Position numbers and translations under genes: made by a program
Part shown: positions 16,904 through 26,003 of the stretch, in pieces
How positions within the stretch are numbered: position 1 is the first letter of the stretch
Layout: each line of letters begins with the position of its first letter
Notes under the pieces: generated by a model
Databases searched by the model: none
The model's input: the letters and a program-made list of their open reading frames with translations, nothing else
Told to the model about the DNA's origin: nothing
Assembly (NCBI GenBank): GCA_024277515.1
Contig: JAJRVB010000311.1
Location: 1-32,730, forward strand
DNA length: 32,730 nucleotides
Direction: 5' to 3'
Source of the DNA: Nitrospirota bacterium
Lineage (GTDB): Bacteria; Nitrospirota; Thermodesulfovibrionia; UBA6902

Positions 16904-16990
16904 TGGTGCCGAAGGGGGGATTCGAACCCCCACAGGCTTGCGCCTACTAGACCCTGAACCTAGCGCGTCTGCCAGTTCCGCCACTTCGGC
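16904..16990 (-). tRNA. tRNA-Leu (anticodon CAG), class II with long variable arm, CCA encoded
   Basis: It was folded by hand. The acceptor stem is GCCGAAG/CTTCGGC and the D stem is GCG/CGC. The anticodon stem CTAGG/TCTAG carries the loop TTCAGGG. There is a 15-nt variable arm, and the T arm is GGGGG-TTCGAAT-CCCCC. The discriminator is A, followed by CCA. Confidence 0.9.
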
Positions 16991-17039
16991 ATTTAAGTCA
17001 ATCGTCTGTGATCAGCTTTCAGTTGAGAGGGTAAAGATT

Positions 17040-17465
17040 TTATTTTACTGACGGGATACTAAACGGGCTGTTACCGTCGATATATGTCAGCTTCATCGTC
17101 TCTCTCTGAAATACTAAATCACTCACACCCCTGTTTTCAAGTGCCTGCTTATCTGAAAGGACCCACGAACACTTCCAGTTAAGGTTTACCTTCACCTCGG
17201 AGTCGGTGATCCTCACCATCCTGGGTGTGAATTCAAGCTCGGCAGTGCTGAACACAAGTCCATTGATAATATCTGCTGCAATATCAGCGTCAGTATGTGT
17301 CATGATGACGTCTTCATCTTTTCTTTCGTATGCATCTTTCAGCAGATCAATGATTCCGAAGACTTCGGAAGCTAATCGCGAGTCTTCTGAAGGTTTTATG
17401 TTATCTTCAGCGCAGCCTGTGAGCGATAAAGCAATGATCATCAGAATACAGGGAATATATTTCAT
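17040..17465 (-). CDS. lipoprotein, function unknown (141 aa)
   Basis: The lipobox in MKYIPCILMIIALSLTGC marks ATG 17465 as the start. The track's 194-aa version (to 17624) reads through the strong terminator at 17563-17602. Confidence 0.6.
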   Translation of the reverse strand: MKYIPCILMIIALSLTGCAEDNIKPSEDSRLASEVFGIIDLLKDAYERKDEDVIMTHTDADIAADIINGLVFSTAELEFTPRMVRITDSEVKVNLNWKCSWVLSDKQALENRGVSDLVFQRETMKLTYIDGNSPFSIPSVK

Positions 17466-17562
17466 TTTATCGGGTATTGGACTCACGCGTTCAGACCGTA
17501 ATTGTACATTTTTGGCATGAGTTTTTTCAACTTGTCCATTGGTTATATGATGAATGTCAGGC

Positions 17563-17602
17563 AAAAAAAAGACCGTGCCGAACTGTTCGGCACGGTCTTT
17601 TA
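17563..17602 (-). terminator. intrinsic terminator after the cytochrome gene
   Basis: The stem is AAGACCGTGCCG...CGGCACGGTCTT. On the minus strand it is followed by a run of 8 U (the plus-strand A8 at 17563-17570). It begins 9 nt after the stop at 17611. Confidence 0.85.
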
Positions 17603-17610
17603 CGTTGAGT

Positions 17611-18936
17611 CTATTCTTTGACAAACTTTTTGGGAGGATTGAATGTAACGGTCTTCGTTACAGTCTTGATCGTTTCCCAATGGTCGGGCTCATTCTCAAA
17701 GAGGAATGTTGCTTCTATGGTGACCTCTTTTGTGTTATCGTCAACGAAAATGATGTGAGTTTCCTCATCCGTTTCTTCAGGCTCAAGGCCCAGGTTTACA
17801 TTCGTTGCAGCCGTGATGTCCCACTGTCTGAGCTCGACCCACTTGCCTCCTTCAAACCAGAGGTTCCAGTTGTCATACTTTCTTCTTTCCGTGTGTATTA
17901 CTTTTCCGTCCTGATCTTTGGCGGTCACTTCCAGTGCCGCTCTCGGTATGTATACTCAACCATTTGGCAGGCCGTGCCCTGAATGGCTGGTCATCTTGAC
18001 TTTCAGACAGAGCGTCGGGGTTAATTCATTCTTGTAGTTGTTGATAAACTGGGTGGATTCCGCCTCTATTTCGATTTCGAGCGCCTTTGCGAAAAAGTCC
18101 TTGTCATGCACTCCAGGGAAATAGTGTCCCCTCGGGTTGTCAGGATCATTGTCCTCACGGGGCATGTGGCAGTCCTGGCATCTCTTATCGCCGCCTTTCA
18201 ATATATAGTTCTCAACATAACTCGTGTACAGGGTTTTGCACTGCCAGAACGGCACACTGTCAGGACACCCATGGTGGCACCGTGCACACATATTGACGGA
18301 CGCGAGATAATCGGACTTGATCGTTTTGGTGATCGGCCCGATATTCATCTCCACATCGTGAACAGGATCTTCAGGGTCCTCGTCCCCCTTTGGGCCGTAG
18401 ATTGCAAGTTTTTCAGGCTTGTTACCCCAGTAACCGTCTTTTAACGCGAACATGTTATGGCAGCCATAACAGTTGAGGTTGAGTTTTGACAGCTCTTTTT
18501 TGGCTGCCTCTCTCTTTGGCTCTTCCGGGTCATCTACTGCTGTAATGATATAGTCAATAATCTCTGAAACAAGTTCATCCGTAGCGTATTTGATGTGAGG
18601 AGCGTGGCACCACAGACAATGGCTCTTGATCGCCATCTTGTCAAGATGATCTTCCTTCTCAAGACCCTGCTTGATAAATGTCCTCCAGGTCTGAAGCACA
18701 CGTTCGGTACTGAAGGCCCGGCCGTGCCCCGACCGGGTCCATTCTTCATAGATCTGCTCGTGGCAGTCGGCGCATACTTTGGTGTCGAATTTCTCTGCCA
18801 GCTCATCAAGAGAAGAAATCAGCGTTTCTCCGGGAACGGTCGGACCGTGAGCGCCGGGGGCAGCACCGGAAGCTGATACGGAGAGGGGAACAGCGGCGAC
18901 CGTGATGAGCAGCAGCATAGTGAATAAAAATCTCAT
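17611..18936 (-). CDS. pentahaem cytochrome c with in-frame TGA (17956-17958); candidate selenocysteine-containing protein of ~441 aa, or else a pseudogene or two-ORF arrangement
   Basis: It has a signal peptide and five CXXCH motifs (CADCH, CLWCH, CYGCH, CARCH, CQDCH). The 326-aa ORF and the 105-aa ORF are in the same frame, separated only by TGA plus 9 sense codons (VYIPRAALE). The downstream part has no ATG and no good RBS. A hairpin, GCGGCAC-UGGAA-GUG(A)CCGC, begins 16 nt after the UGA. Confidence 0.55.
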
Positions 18937-19269
18937 ACATTCCTCCTTTCATTTTATTTATGTTATACCTGCAGATTGTATATGTCTCGTTCGGAAACTT
19001 TCAAAGCAGGTGGCAATGTAAAGCTTTAAAAAATGAACCTGATTATAAATCAATGTATAAGCTCTCTGCAAGGCAATATTGATAATATTGAAATTAGAAA
19101 ACTTTATTTGCAACCAAATCACTCCCCTCAGGTTTGAGGAATTGAGGTCATGATTGATTTATGGTTATTTTTTCGTGTATGATTAAAAAACCAGCACGTT
19201 TCCATCGTGATAAAAAGGCTCTCGATAAATTGACTTTGTTTATTTTTTTGAGGTAGAATTACCTATCTT

Positions 19270-20181
19270 ATGGACGATCACAAGTTAAAGGTATTTTGTA
19301 TCGTTGCCGAAACGAAGAGTTTCTCAAGGGCATCAGAGATAATTCGTCTAACCCAACCTGCCGTCAGTCTCCAGATCCAGGCACTCGAAGAAATGTACGG
19401 GACCAAACTGTTCAATCGCTCCGGCTGCGTTATTACTCTCACAAAAGCAGGAGAAATGCTTTATAAGTATGCCAAGGAGATTAACGCGCTTTACGCTGCT
19501 GCGGAGAAGGAAATAGGAGGGGTAACCGGCCTTGTGAAGGGGGTCATATCAGTAGGCGCAAGTTCAACAATAGGCAACTATGTGCTCCCTACTGTGGTTG
19601 CCGATTTCAAGCGGAAGTATCCGAAAGTGGGGATCCATCTTCATGTCGGCAATACAAAGCAGGTGATCGACTACCTGAACGCGGGCAGTGTTGACGTGGG
19701 GCTGGTTGAAGGCGAGGTGAACAAGCAGAAGCTGCTTGTGGAGAAACTGATACCGGACGAAATGGTGCTCCTGATGTCTCCCTATCACCATCTGGCCAAG
19801 AAATCCACGATTTCGATCATGGAGCTTTCAAAGGAGCCGCTGATCTTTCGGGAGGAGGGTTCCGGCACCAGGCAGGCCATTGAAAAGTATCTTTCAAAAC
19901 ACGGCATTTCACAGCAGAATCTTAAAATATCATTGATCATGGGCAGTACCGAGGCGATCAAGAGTGCAGTTGAAGAGGGGCTGGGAACGTCAATACTATC
20001 GAGATGGACCGCGAAGAAGGAGTGTAAATACGGAACCCTCAAGTCTGCTGTGTTTAAAGAGGAAAAATTTGTGAGGGATTTTTCGCTCGTCTACAAGAAG
20101 TCCAAGGAACCGTCTCACACAATCGAGCAGTTCATGGGGTTCCTGAGGCGCTATCCATACAACAAGCTCCTGAACGCTTAA
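19270..20181 (+). CDS. LysR-family transcriptional regulator
   Basis: The N-terminal HTH reads FSRASEIIRLTQPAVSLQIQALEEMYGTKLFNR, followed by a periplasmic-binding-protein-like effector domain. It is divergent from the cytochrome gene. Confidence 0.9.
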   Translation: MDDHKLKVFCIVAETKSFSRASEIIRLTQPAVSLQIQALEEMYGTKLFNRSGCVITLTKAGEMLYKYAKEINALYAAAEKEIGGVTGLVKGVISVGASSTIGNYVLPTVVADFKRKYPKVGIHLHVGNTKQVIDYLNAGSVDVGLVEGEVNKQKLLVEKLIPDEMVLLMSPYHHLAKKSTISIMELSKEPLIFREEGSGTRQAIEKYLSKHGISQQNLKISLIMGSTEAIKSAVEEGLGTSILSRWTAKKECKYGTLKSAVFKEEKFVRDFSLVYKKSKEPSHTIEQFMGFLRRYPYNKLLNA

Positions 20182-20326
20182 TCCTTGCCTGCCGTCCCTG
20201 ATTTCTTCCGAACTACAAAAGTATAGTCAGACCCTGCATGAAATTTTGATAACGCCCTTCATTGTGGTAAACTAATTCTTCTTTTAATAAAATTGATCTG
20301 AACAACTTATAAAAGGAGAGAGGCAA

Positions 20327-21706
20327 TTGAGAATTGAAAAAGATACCCTTGGACAGGTAAAACTGCCTGACAATGTATATTACGGGGCCCAGACAAAGAG
20401 GGCGGTGGATAACTTTCCTGTAAGCGGGCTGCGGCTCTCCAGGCGTTTTATCAAGGCGCAGGGGACGGTGAAACTTGCATCTGCACGGGCCAATGGTTCT
20501 CTTGGGCTTATTCCCAAAAAGGTGCTGAAGGCTATTGAGAAGGCCGCCCTGGAGGTAATCAGGGGGACGCATGACAGGCATTTTGTCGTTGATGTGTATC
20601 AGGCAGGCGCGGGAACATCACAGAATATGAATGCAAACGAGGTCATAGCAAACCGCGCTATCGAGATTCTCGGAGGGGAAAAGGGTGATTACACTCTTAT
20701 ACATCCGAATGATCATGTGAACATGGCCCAGTCGACGAATGACACCATTCCTACCTCCATGTATATATCATCATACGAAGGAGTGAGAGATGACCTGGCG
20801 CCCGCACTGAACGGATTAAAGGACGCTCTGAAAAAGAAATCCAGGGCGTTCGACAAAATCATCAAATCAGGCAGGACCCACATGCAGGATGCTGTGCCTA
20901 TACGGCTGGGGCAGGAGTTTGGCGGTTACGCGGAGTCACTCCATAATGATATGGGCCGCCTGCAGCATGCGGCACGGGCTTTGCTGAATCTGCCTGTTGG
21001 CGGAAATGCCCTTGGTACGGGCATAAACGCGCATCCCGGATTCAGGAGATCTGTTATCAGGGAGATACAAAAGATCACGGGTGTAAAGTTTAAAAGCAGC
21101 AGGAATTTGTTTGAAGGCATACAGAATGTGTACCCGGCCCTTGAACTGAGCGCGTCTCTCAGGGGAATTGCTGTTACTCTGATAAAGATAGCGAATGATA
21201 TACGTTTGCTGAGTTCCGGCCCGCGTACCGGGTTTGCCGAGATCAGCCTGCCTGCTGTCCAGCCGGGGTCCTCTATCATGCCGGGCAAGGTAAACCCGGT
21301 CATGGCGGAAATGCTTAATATGGTATGTTTTCAGGTCATGGGCAATGATACGGCGGTCTCTTTTGCAACACAGGCTTCACAGCTTGAGCTGAATGTGATG
21401 ATGCCGATGATCGCGCACAACCTGCTTTTTTCCATTGAGATATTGTCAAACGGTATTAATGCATTTACGCATAAATGCATTGAGGGAATTGAGGCTGACG
21501 CCGGGCGCTGCAAAAATTATGCAGAAGCGACTCTGGCCATGGCAACTGCGTTAAATCCTCTGATCGGCTATTCAGCGGCTGCCGGCATATCCAGGGAGGC
21601 GTACAAGTCAGGCAAAGCCGTGAAGCAGGTAGCTATTGAGCAGGGGATCTTAAACGAAAAGAATGCAGATAAGCTGCTTGATCCCATTAAGCTTACCGGG
21701 AAATAG
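20327..21706 (+). CDS. aspartate ammonia-lyase / class II fumarate hydratase family lyase
   Basis: It carries the GSSIMPGKVNP signature loop, TGRTHMQDAVP and YQAGAGTSQNMNANEVIANRA. The GAGTS variant leans toward aspartase, but I cannot discriminate by eye. The start is TTG after AAAGGAGAGAGG. Confidence 0.8.
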   Translation: MRIEKDTLGQVKLPDNVYYGAQTKRAVDNFPVSGLRLSRRFIKAQGTVKLASARANGSLGLIPKKVLKAIEKAALEVIRGTHDRHFVVDVYQAGAGTSQNMNANEVIANRAIEILGGEKGDYTLIHPNDHVNMAQSTNDTIPTSMYISSYEGVRDDLAPALNGLKDALKKKSRAFDKIIKSGRTHMQDAVPIRLGQEFGGYAESLHNDMGRLQHAARALLNLPVGGNALGTGINAHPGFRRSVIREIQKITGVKFKSSRNLFEGIQNVYPALELSASLRGIAVTLIKIANDIRLLSSGPRTGFAEISLPAVQPGSSIMPGKVNPVMAEMLNMVCFQVMGNDTAVSFATQASQLELNVMMPMIAHNLLFSIEILSNGINAFTHKCIEGIEADAGRCKNYAEATLAMATALNPLIGYSAAAGISREAYKSGKAVKQVAIEQGILNEKNADKLLDPIKLTGK

Positions 21707-21747
21707 CCCGGGCAGATAATTCGTCACTGAAGGGTTATCCCGGGCAT

Positions 21748-21921
21748 GTAACTATTCAGTTGCGGGTAATAATAGCAGGCAAGAAAAGATCAAATTTTAA
21801 AAATAAAAAATCAAAATTATGGAAGAGTTTTTATCATATAAATAAATCTCCTTAATTTTGATCTTTGGTATTTGATTTTTACATTTCCATGCCCTGATGA
21901 TACCTGTAAATGAATGGTTAC
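21748..21921 (+). mobile_element. MITE-like foldback element, copy C
   Basis: It is near-identical to copy B over most of its 174 bp. The TIRs are GTAACTATTCAGTTGC and GTAAATGAATGGTTAC. It is flanked by a perfect direct repeat, CGGGCAT, at 21741-21747 and 21922-21928. Confidence 0.8.
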
Positions 21922-22275
21922 CGGGCATGCTTATTTTCATTGAATAATTCGCATAAAAATGGTATCCTCTAAGTCAAAAGCATTATGTGTTTATAAGAGC
22001 TAATCTCCCTGCGGCCCCATTCATCTACGACAAAGTGTAAAAGAAACTAACACACGAAAACCATCTAATTTTAAAGCTTAATTGCTTTAGTCAGCTCTTG
22101 GAAAGTATATTTTGTCGATATTGTTTACATAGTTGGACCATCATTATGAGGAGAATGTTATAAATTCAGGCAGTTATGTGCTGGCTGATTTATTGCTAAT
22201 CAGAAAGGCAGGGATCGATTGTCCAATCACAAAGATACTTATGCACCGGTAATCAAACCAAAAGAAGAGAAAATT

Positions 22276-24321
22276 ATGTCGTTTCAGGATAATGACAGGA
22301 ATGTAGATTCATCGAAAAATGATGAATATCATGATGATCTATCACTCGGAAACATTTTTTCTTCCGACAGGTGGACTGAATACTTTGATGAGCTTTCGAA
22401 GACATGCAATATAGAATTGAGCGGTTATGATGCTGACGGGACCCGGCTCTTTGTCACAAATGAGAATCCCTTCTGTGATTACACCAGGGCGATACAGTCA
22501 GAAAGCTTTGACTGTCCGAATTCCTGTAATAAATTGCTGCAGATTGACAAATCAGGTATTATCAGATGTCAATCAGGAATGACATGTTTTTCCGTTCTCA
22601 TCGAGCGTCCGGGTGAAAAGCTGTTTATCGTTGGGAGAGGAGGATTTTCCACATATGATGATCTTCTCGGTTTTCTCAGGATTATCAGGCAGCACAACTA
22701 TCCAGAACTGCCGATTTCAATGCCACTCAAGTTTATTGAAGAGGATTCCATAAAGGCTCTATCCCGGTATATAAACCTGTCGGTAAGCAGGCAATTAAGG
22801 AGTGTCGAAGCCCGGTACAGGCTCAAAGAAAAGTTGCTGCGCATGACATCGCTCTTTGACAGCCAGGCATTCGGGACATTATCAAAAAGCCCGCAGCTTA
22901 TGTACAGGTATATTCTGGATACGATCGAGTTTGTGTTTGGAGATGCATCTGCGGTCATACTGGCTCCGGTTGGAGAGCAGGCCTCATTTCATACGATATA
23001 CAGCATCGGAAAACATAAAGATGCCCTTGCCGAACTTAAGCTTGATACAAACAACCCTGCAATGCAAAAAATGCGTGATGCAGGGGGGGCTGTATTTTTC
23101 GAAAATACGGATGAAGTTTTGCCTGAAGGACAATTCAGTGAAATAAAATCATCCTACTTTCTTCCTCTCATTATCAGGGGAAATATTGAGGCTGTAGTCG
23201 CTGTTTTTAACAGGGATTTCATGATCGAGGACATGAAGATACTGAATGCCTTCAGAGAGTATGTACAGCTCAATCTCGAAAACCGGGACCTTCGGCAGGC
23301 AGTCCTGAAAAACGATAAGGCGGACAGGGAATTGACCTGTCTGACGGATGTCACAAGATCAATTTCTTCGATACTGGATAAAAAAATACTTTTGAATACA
23401 CTGCTCGAAAAATCTTTACAGCTTACCAATGCTGAGCAGGGGTCACTGATGCTCATGGACGCTGACACATCCGAGCTCGTTGTTGAGGCCCGGAGAAGTG
23501 TGGATGATATGGTCCAGGAAAAAATGAGGTTCAAGGCAGGGGAAGGTATCTCGGGTATGGTGCTCGAAAAAGGGGCCCCCATTCTGGTGGAGGATATTGA
23601 GAAAGACCCCAGGGTCAGGCAGGCCAACAGGTCCCGCTATCGTACAAAATCCTTTGTGAGTGTGCCTATCAGGATTGAAGACAGATTGGCGGGGGTACTT
23701 AACCTGTCTGATAAGATCAAGGGCGGCGTGTTCAATAAAAAAGACCTGGACTTAATAGAGTCTTTTGTGAGCAATATGGTGATAGCCATCGACCGGAGTA
23801 TCCTGTTCGGACAGGCGGAGAAACTTCAAAAACTCTCGATAACCGACCCTCTTACAGGTATCTACAACCGGCGTTATCTCAACCGCCGGCTTTCAGAAGA
23901 AATTACCCGTTATAACAGGTACAGGCATCCGTTCAGCTTTATGATGCTGGACCTTGACAAGTTCAAGGAATATAATGATACATTTGGACATATCGCGGGA
24001 GATAATCTCATAAAGAACCTTGCGGACACCATGGAGAAGTCTCTCAGGACGATCGATATTGCAGCGCGGTTTGGCGGTGATGAGTTAGTGGCGATATTTC
24101 CGCAGACACCAAAGATGGATGCCATACAGATCTGTAACAGGATAAAGGAAGAGATCGTCAGTTCACTTTCTGAACATAATATAGAGATGCCTATCACGAT
24201 CAGTGTGGGACTGGCGACGTTTCCGGATGATGCGTCATCCATTATGGAGCTTATCGAAAAAACCGACCAGGCCCTCTATCTTGCCAAAAAGGGCGGTGGC
24301 AACAGGGTAGTGTATCTTTAA
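22276..24321 (+). CDS. PocR-like Cys-rich sensor + GAF domains + GGDEF-family diguanylate cyclase (GGDEL variant)
   Basis: The C-terminal domain shows DPLTGIYNRRYL and RFGGDELVAIF, with an RxxD I-site (RTID) 5 residues upstream. The middle has GAF-like regions (GEGISGMVLEKGAPILVEDI). The N-terminus is Cys-rich and PocR-like. ATG 22276 is preferred over the track's TTG 22219. Confidence 0.8.
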   Translation: MSFQDNDRNVDSSKNDEYHDDLSLGNIFSSDRWTEYFDELSKTCNIELSGYDADGTRLFVTNENPFCDYTRAIQSESFDCPNSCNKLLQIDKSGIIRCQSGMTCFSVLIERPGEKLFIVGRGGFSTYDDLLGFLRIIRQHNYPELPISMPLKFIEEDSIKALSRYINLSVSRQLRSVEARYRLKEKLLRMTSLFDSQAFGTLSKSPQLMYRYILDTIEFVFGDASAVILAPVGEQASFHTIYSIGKHKDALAELKLDTNNPAMQKMRDAGGAVFFENTDEVLPEGQFSEIKSSYFLPLIIRGNIEAVVAVFNRDFMIEDMKILNAFREYVQLNLENRDLRQAVLKNDKADRELTCLTDVTRSISSILDKKILLNTLLEKSLQLTNAEQGSLMLMDADTSELVVEARRSVDDMVQEKMRFKAGEGISGMVLEKGAPILVEDIEKDPRVRQANRSRYRTKSFVSVPIRIEDRLAGVLNLSDKIKGGVFNKKDLDLIESFVSNMVIAIDRSILFGQAEKLQKLSITDPLTGIYNRRYLNRRLSEEITRYNRYRHPFSFMMLDLDKFKEYNDTFGHIAGDNLIKNLADTMEKSLRTIDIAARFGGDELVAIFPQTPKMDAIQICNRIKEEIVSSLSEHNIEMPITISVGLATFPDDASSIMELIEKTDQALYLAKKGGGNRVVYL

Positions 24322-24363
24322 ATTAATGGTGATTACTGATTACCGATTTATGAAAATAAAGCT

Positions 24364-25998
24364 ATGCCTTTAAGAGAATTCAGTTCAAAATATTTCCTGG
24401 GGAGAAATTATGAGATGGATGTCCTCCGTGATACCGCATCACTGGCCGGCTCCGGTGATACGGGCAGTATTCTCCTGCTGGGGCAGGCGGGGACTGGAAA
24501 GACAGAGCTCCTGAAGCACCTTTTTAATGACCTATTTAACCGGGACCAAAAGGCAGTACCTTTTTTCTATGCAGTAAAGACAGCTTTTTCATCGGTGGAG
24601 GGTTTTGCAGATGACTACCTGTTTCAGTTTGTCCTTCAGTCTATCGCCTTTATTAAAAAGGACGCCCTCCTGATCAATAACGGCGTTTATTCCCTGGAAG
24701 AACTCAGGGACATCGCTGCCGGGCCGGAACTCCAGTGGGTATCGGATATCATTGACGGTTATTCCAGAGTCCGCGAGAACGGTGAACCGCTCAAGGCGTT
24801 TTTATATGCGGTCTCGCTTCCCTCTCGCAGTTACCGCCATACAGGCATGCCTGTCGTGGTCCTCATAGATGATTTTCACAAGATACGGGAATTGCCGGTG
24901 CATGCTGACGGCGGCAGAGATGCATGGACGCTCTTTGAAAACTCTTTCACATTTCAATATTCCCCTCATGTGATAGCGGGGTCCGAGTCGGAATTGCGTA
25001 ATATGTTTTTTGAAGAGACATCCCTTGGGGAACATTTTGAGGTCATGAAGCTGCGGGAGTTGAACAGAAATGATGCATGGCAGCTGTTTGCATCGCTTTG
25101 TGACCAGTATTCCATAACATTTGAAAATGAAGTAATGAAATATATTGACGTGTTCAATGGAAACCCCTTTTATATCAGGAGCTATATCCAGGCGGCCCGG
25201 CATACGGGAAAATCTCTCACAGAAGAGGATTTCTGGGAGATATATATGCGGGAAATAACGAAAGGAAAGACCTCTGAATACTGGACATCGATTCTGAAAA
25301 CGCACGTCCGCCGTTTTGACCTGCGAAGGCCCGCCCTGCAGATACTTTACACCCTTTCTCAGGATAACGCGGATGATGTGTATGCGGGTTTCCCGGATAC
25401 ATTGTCCATGCAGAGAGAGGAAATTGACCGAATCCTGCATTCCCTCCGGATTGCGGGCGCCATTGATATGGGCTTCAGTACTCTGGATCTGACGGATGAT
25501 GCCGTATTTACTGATGTAATCAGGGGCCTTTATCATAAAGAGATACTCCGGGAATCATCATGCGGAATCAGGGAAGCAGTGACCGGAGTAAAACGTCAGC
25601 TTGCGGAGCGCAGCAGGCCTTCATCTTTTAATATCACTATTCCAACGACTCCAAAGGCGGAAATAGTGGCTGTAAGATCTCTTGAACAGATTGCCGGACA
25701 CTTCAATCTGCCGCCTGAAACCGCCGGCCGGCTCCAGATTGCACTCGTCGAACTGTTTACCGGTGTCCTTGCGAATAATGGATCATCAGGAGAGAGTTAT
25801 CAGTTGAGTTTTTTTCTGAAAGACAATATATTTTCAATAGAGGTCATCACTTCCCAAACTGATCTGGTTATTACGGATGAGAACAGCAGGCAGATCAGGC
25901 CCTATACGGACGATATCCTGGTAGAGGAAGTTATGAATGGATCGAAGATTACCCTGATTAAAGCATTGACAGAAGACCCGGCCCGGCCCGGCAATTGA
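24364..25998 (+). CDS. P-loop ATPase (AAA_16/ATPase_2-like) with possible C-terminal RsbW/SpoIIAB-like GHKL region
   Basis: Walker A is GQAGTGKTELL and Walker B-like is VVVLIDDFH. The C-terminal ~120 aa (LQIALVELFTGVLANNG...IFSIEVI) weakly resembles anti-sigma kinases. Confidence 0.55.
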   Translation: MPLREFSSKYFLGRNYEMDVLRDTASLAGSGDTGSILLLGQAGTGKTELLKHLFNDLFNRDQKAVPFFYAVKTAFSSVEGFADDYLFQFVLQSIAFIKKDALLINNGVYSLEELRDIAAGPELQWVSDIIDGYSRVRENGEPLKAFLYAVSLPSRSYRHTGMPVVVLIDDFHKIRELPVHADGGRDAWTLFENSFTFQYSPHVIAGSESELRNMFFEETSLGEHFEVMKLRELNRNDAWQLFASLCDQYSITFENEVMKYIDVFNGNPFYIRSYIQAARHTGKSLTEEDFWEIYMREITKGKTSEYWTSILKTHVRRFDLRRPALQILYTLSQDNADDVYAGFPDTLSMQREEIDRILHSLRIAGAIDMGFSTLDLTDDAVFTDVIRGLYHKEILRESSCGIREAVTGVKRQLAERSRPSSFNITIPTTPKAEIVAVRSLEQIAGHFNLPPETAGRLQIALVELFTGVLANNGSSGESYQLSFFLKDNIFSIEVITSQTDLVITDENSRQIRPYTDDILVEEVMNGSKITLIKALTEDPARPGN

Positions 25999-26003
25999 GA
26001 AAT

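Noticed and set aside
17466-17624. N-terminal 53-aa extension of the lipoprotein ORF (track version 17040..17624)
   Set aside because: The extension reads straight through the strong intrinsic terminator at 17563-17602. A canonical lipobox signal peptide starts at ATG 17465.
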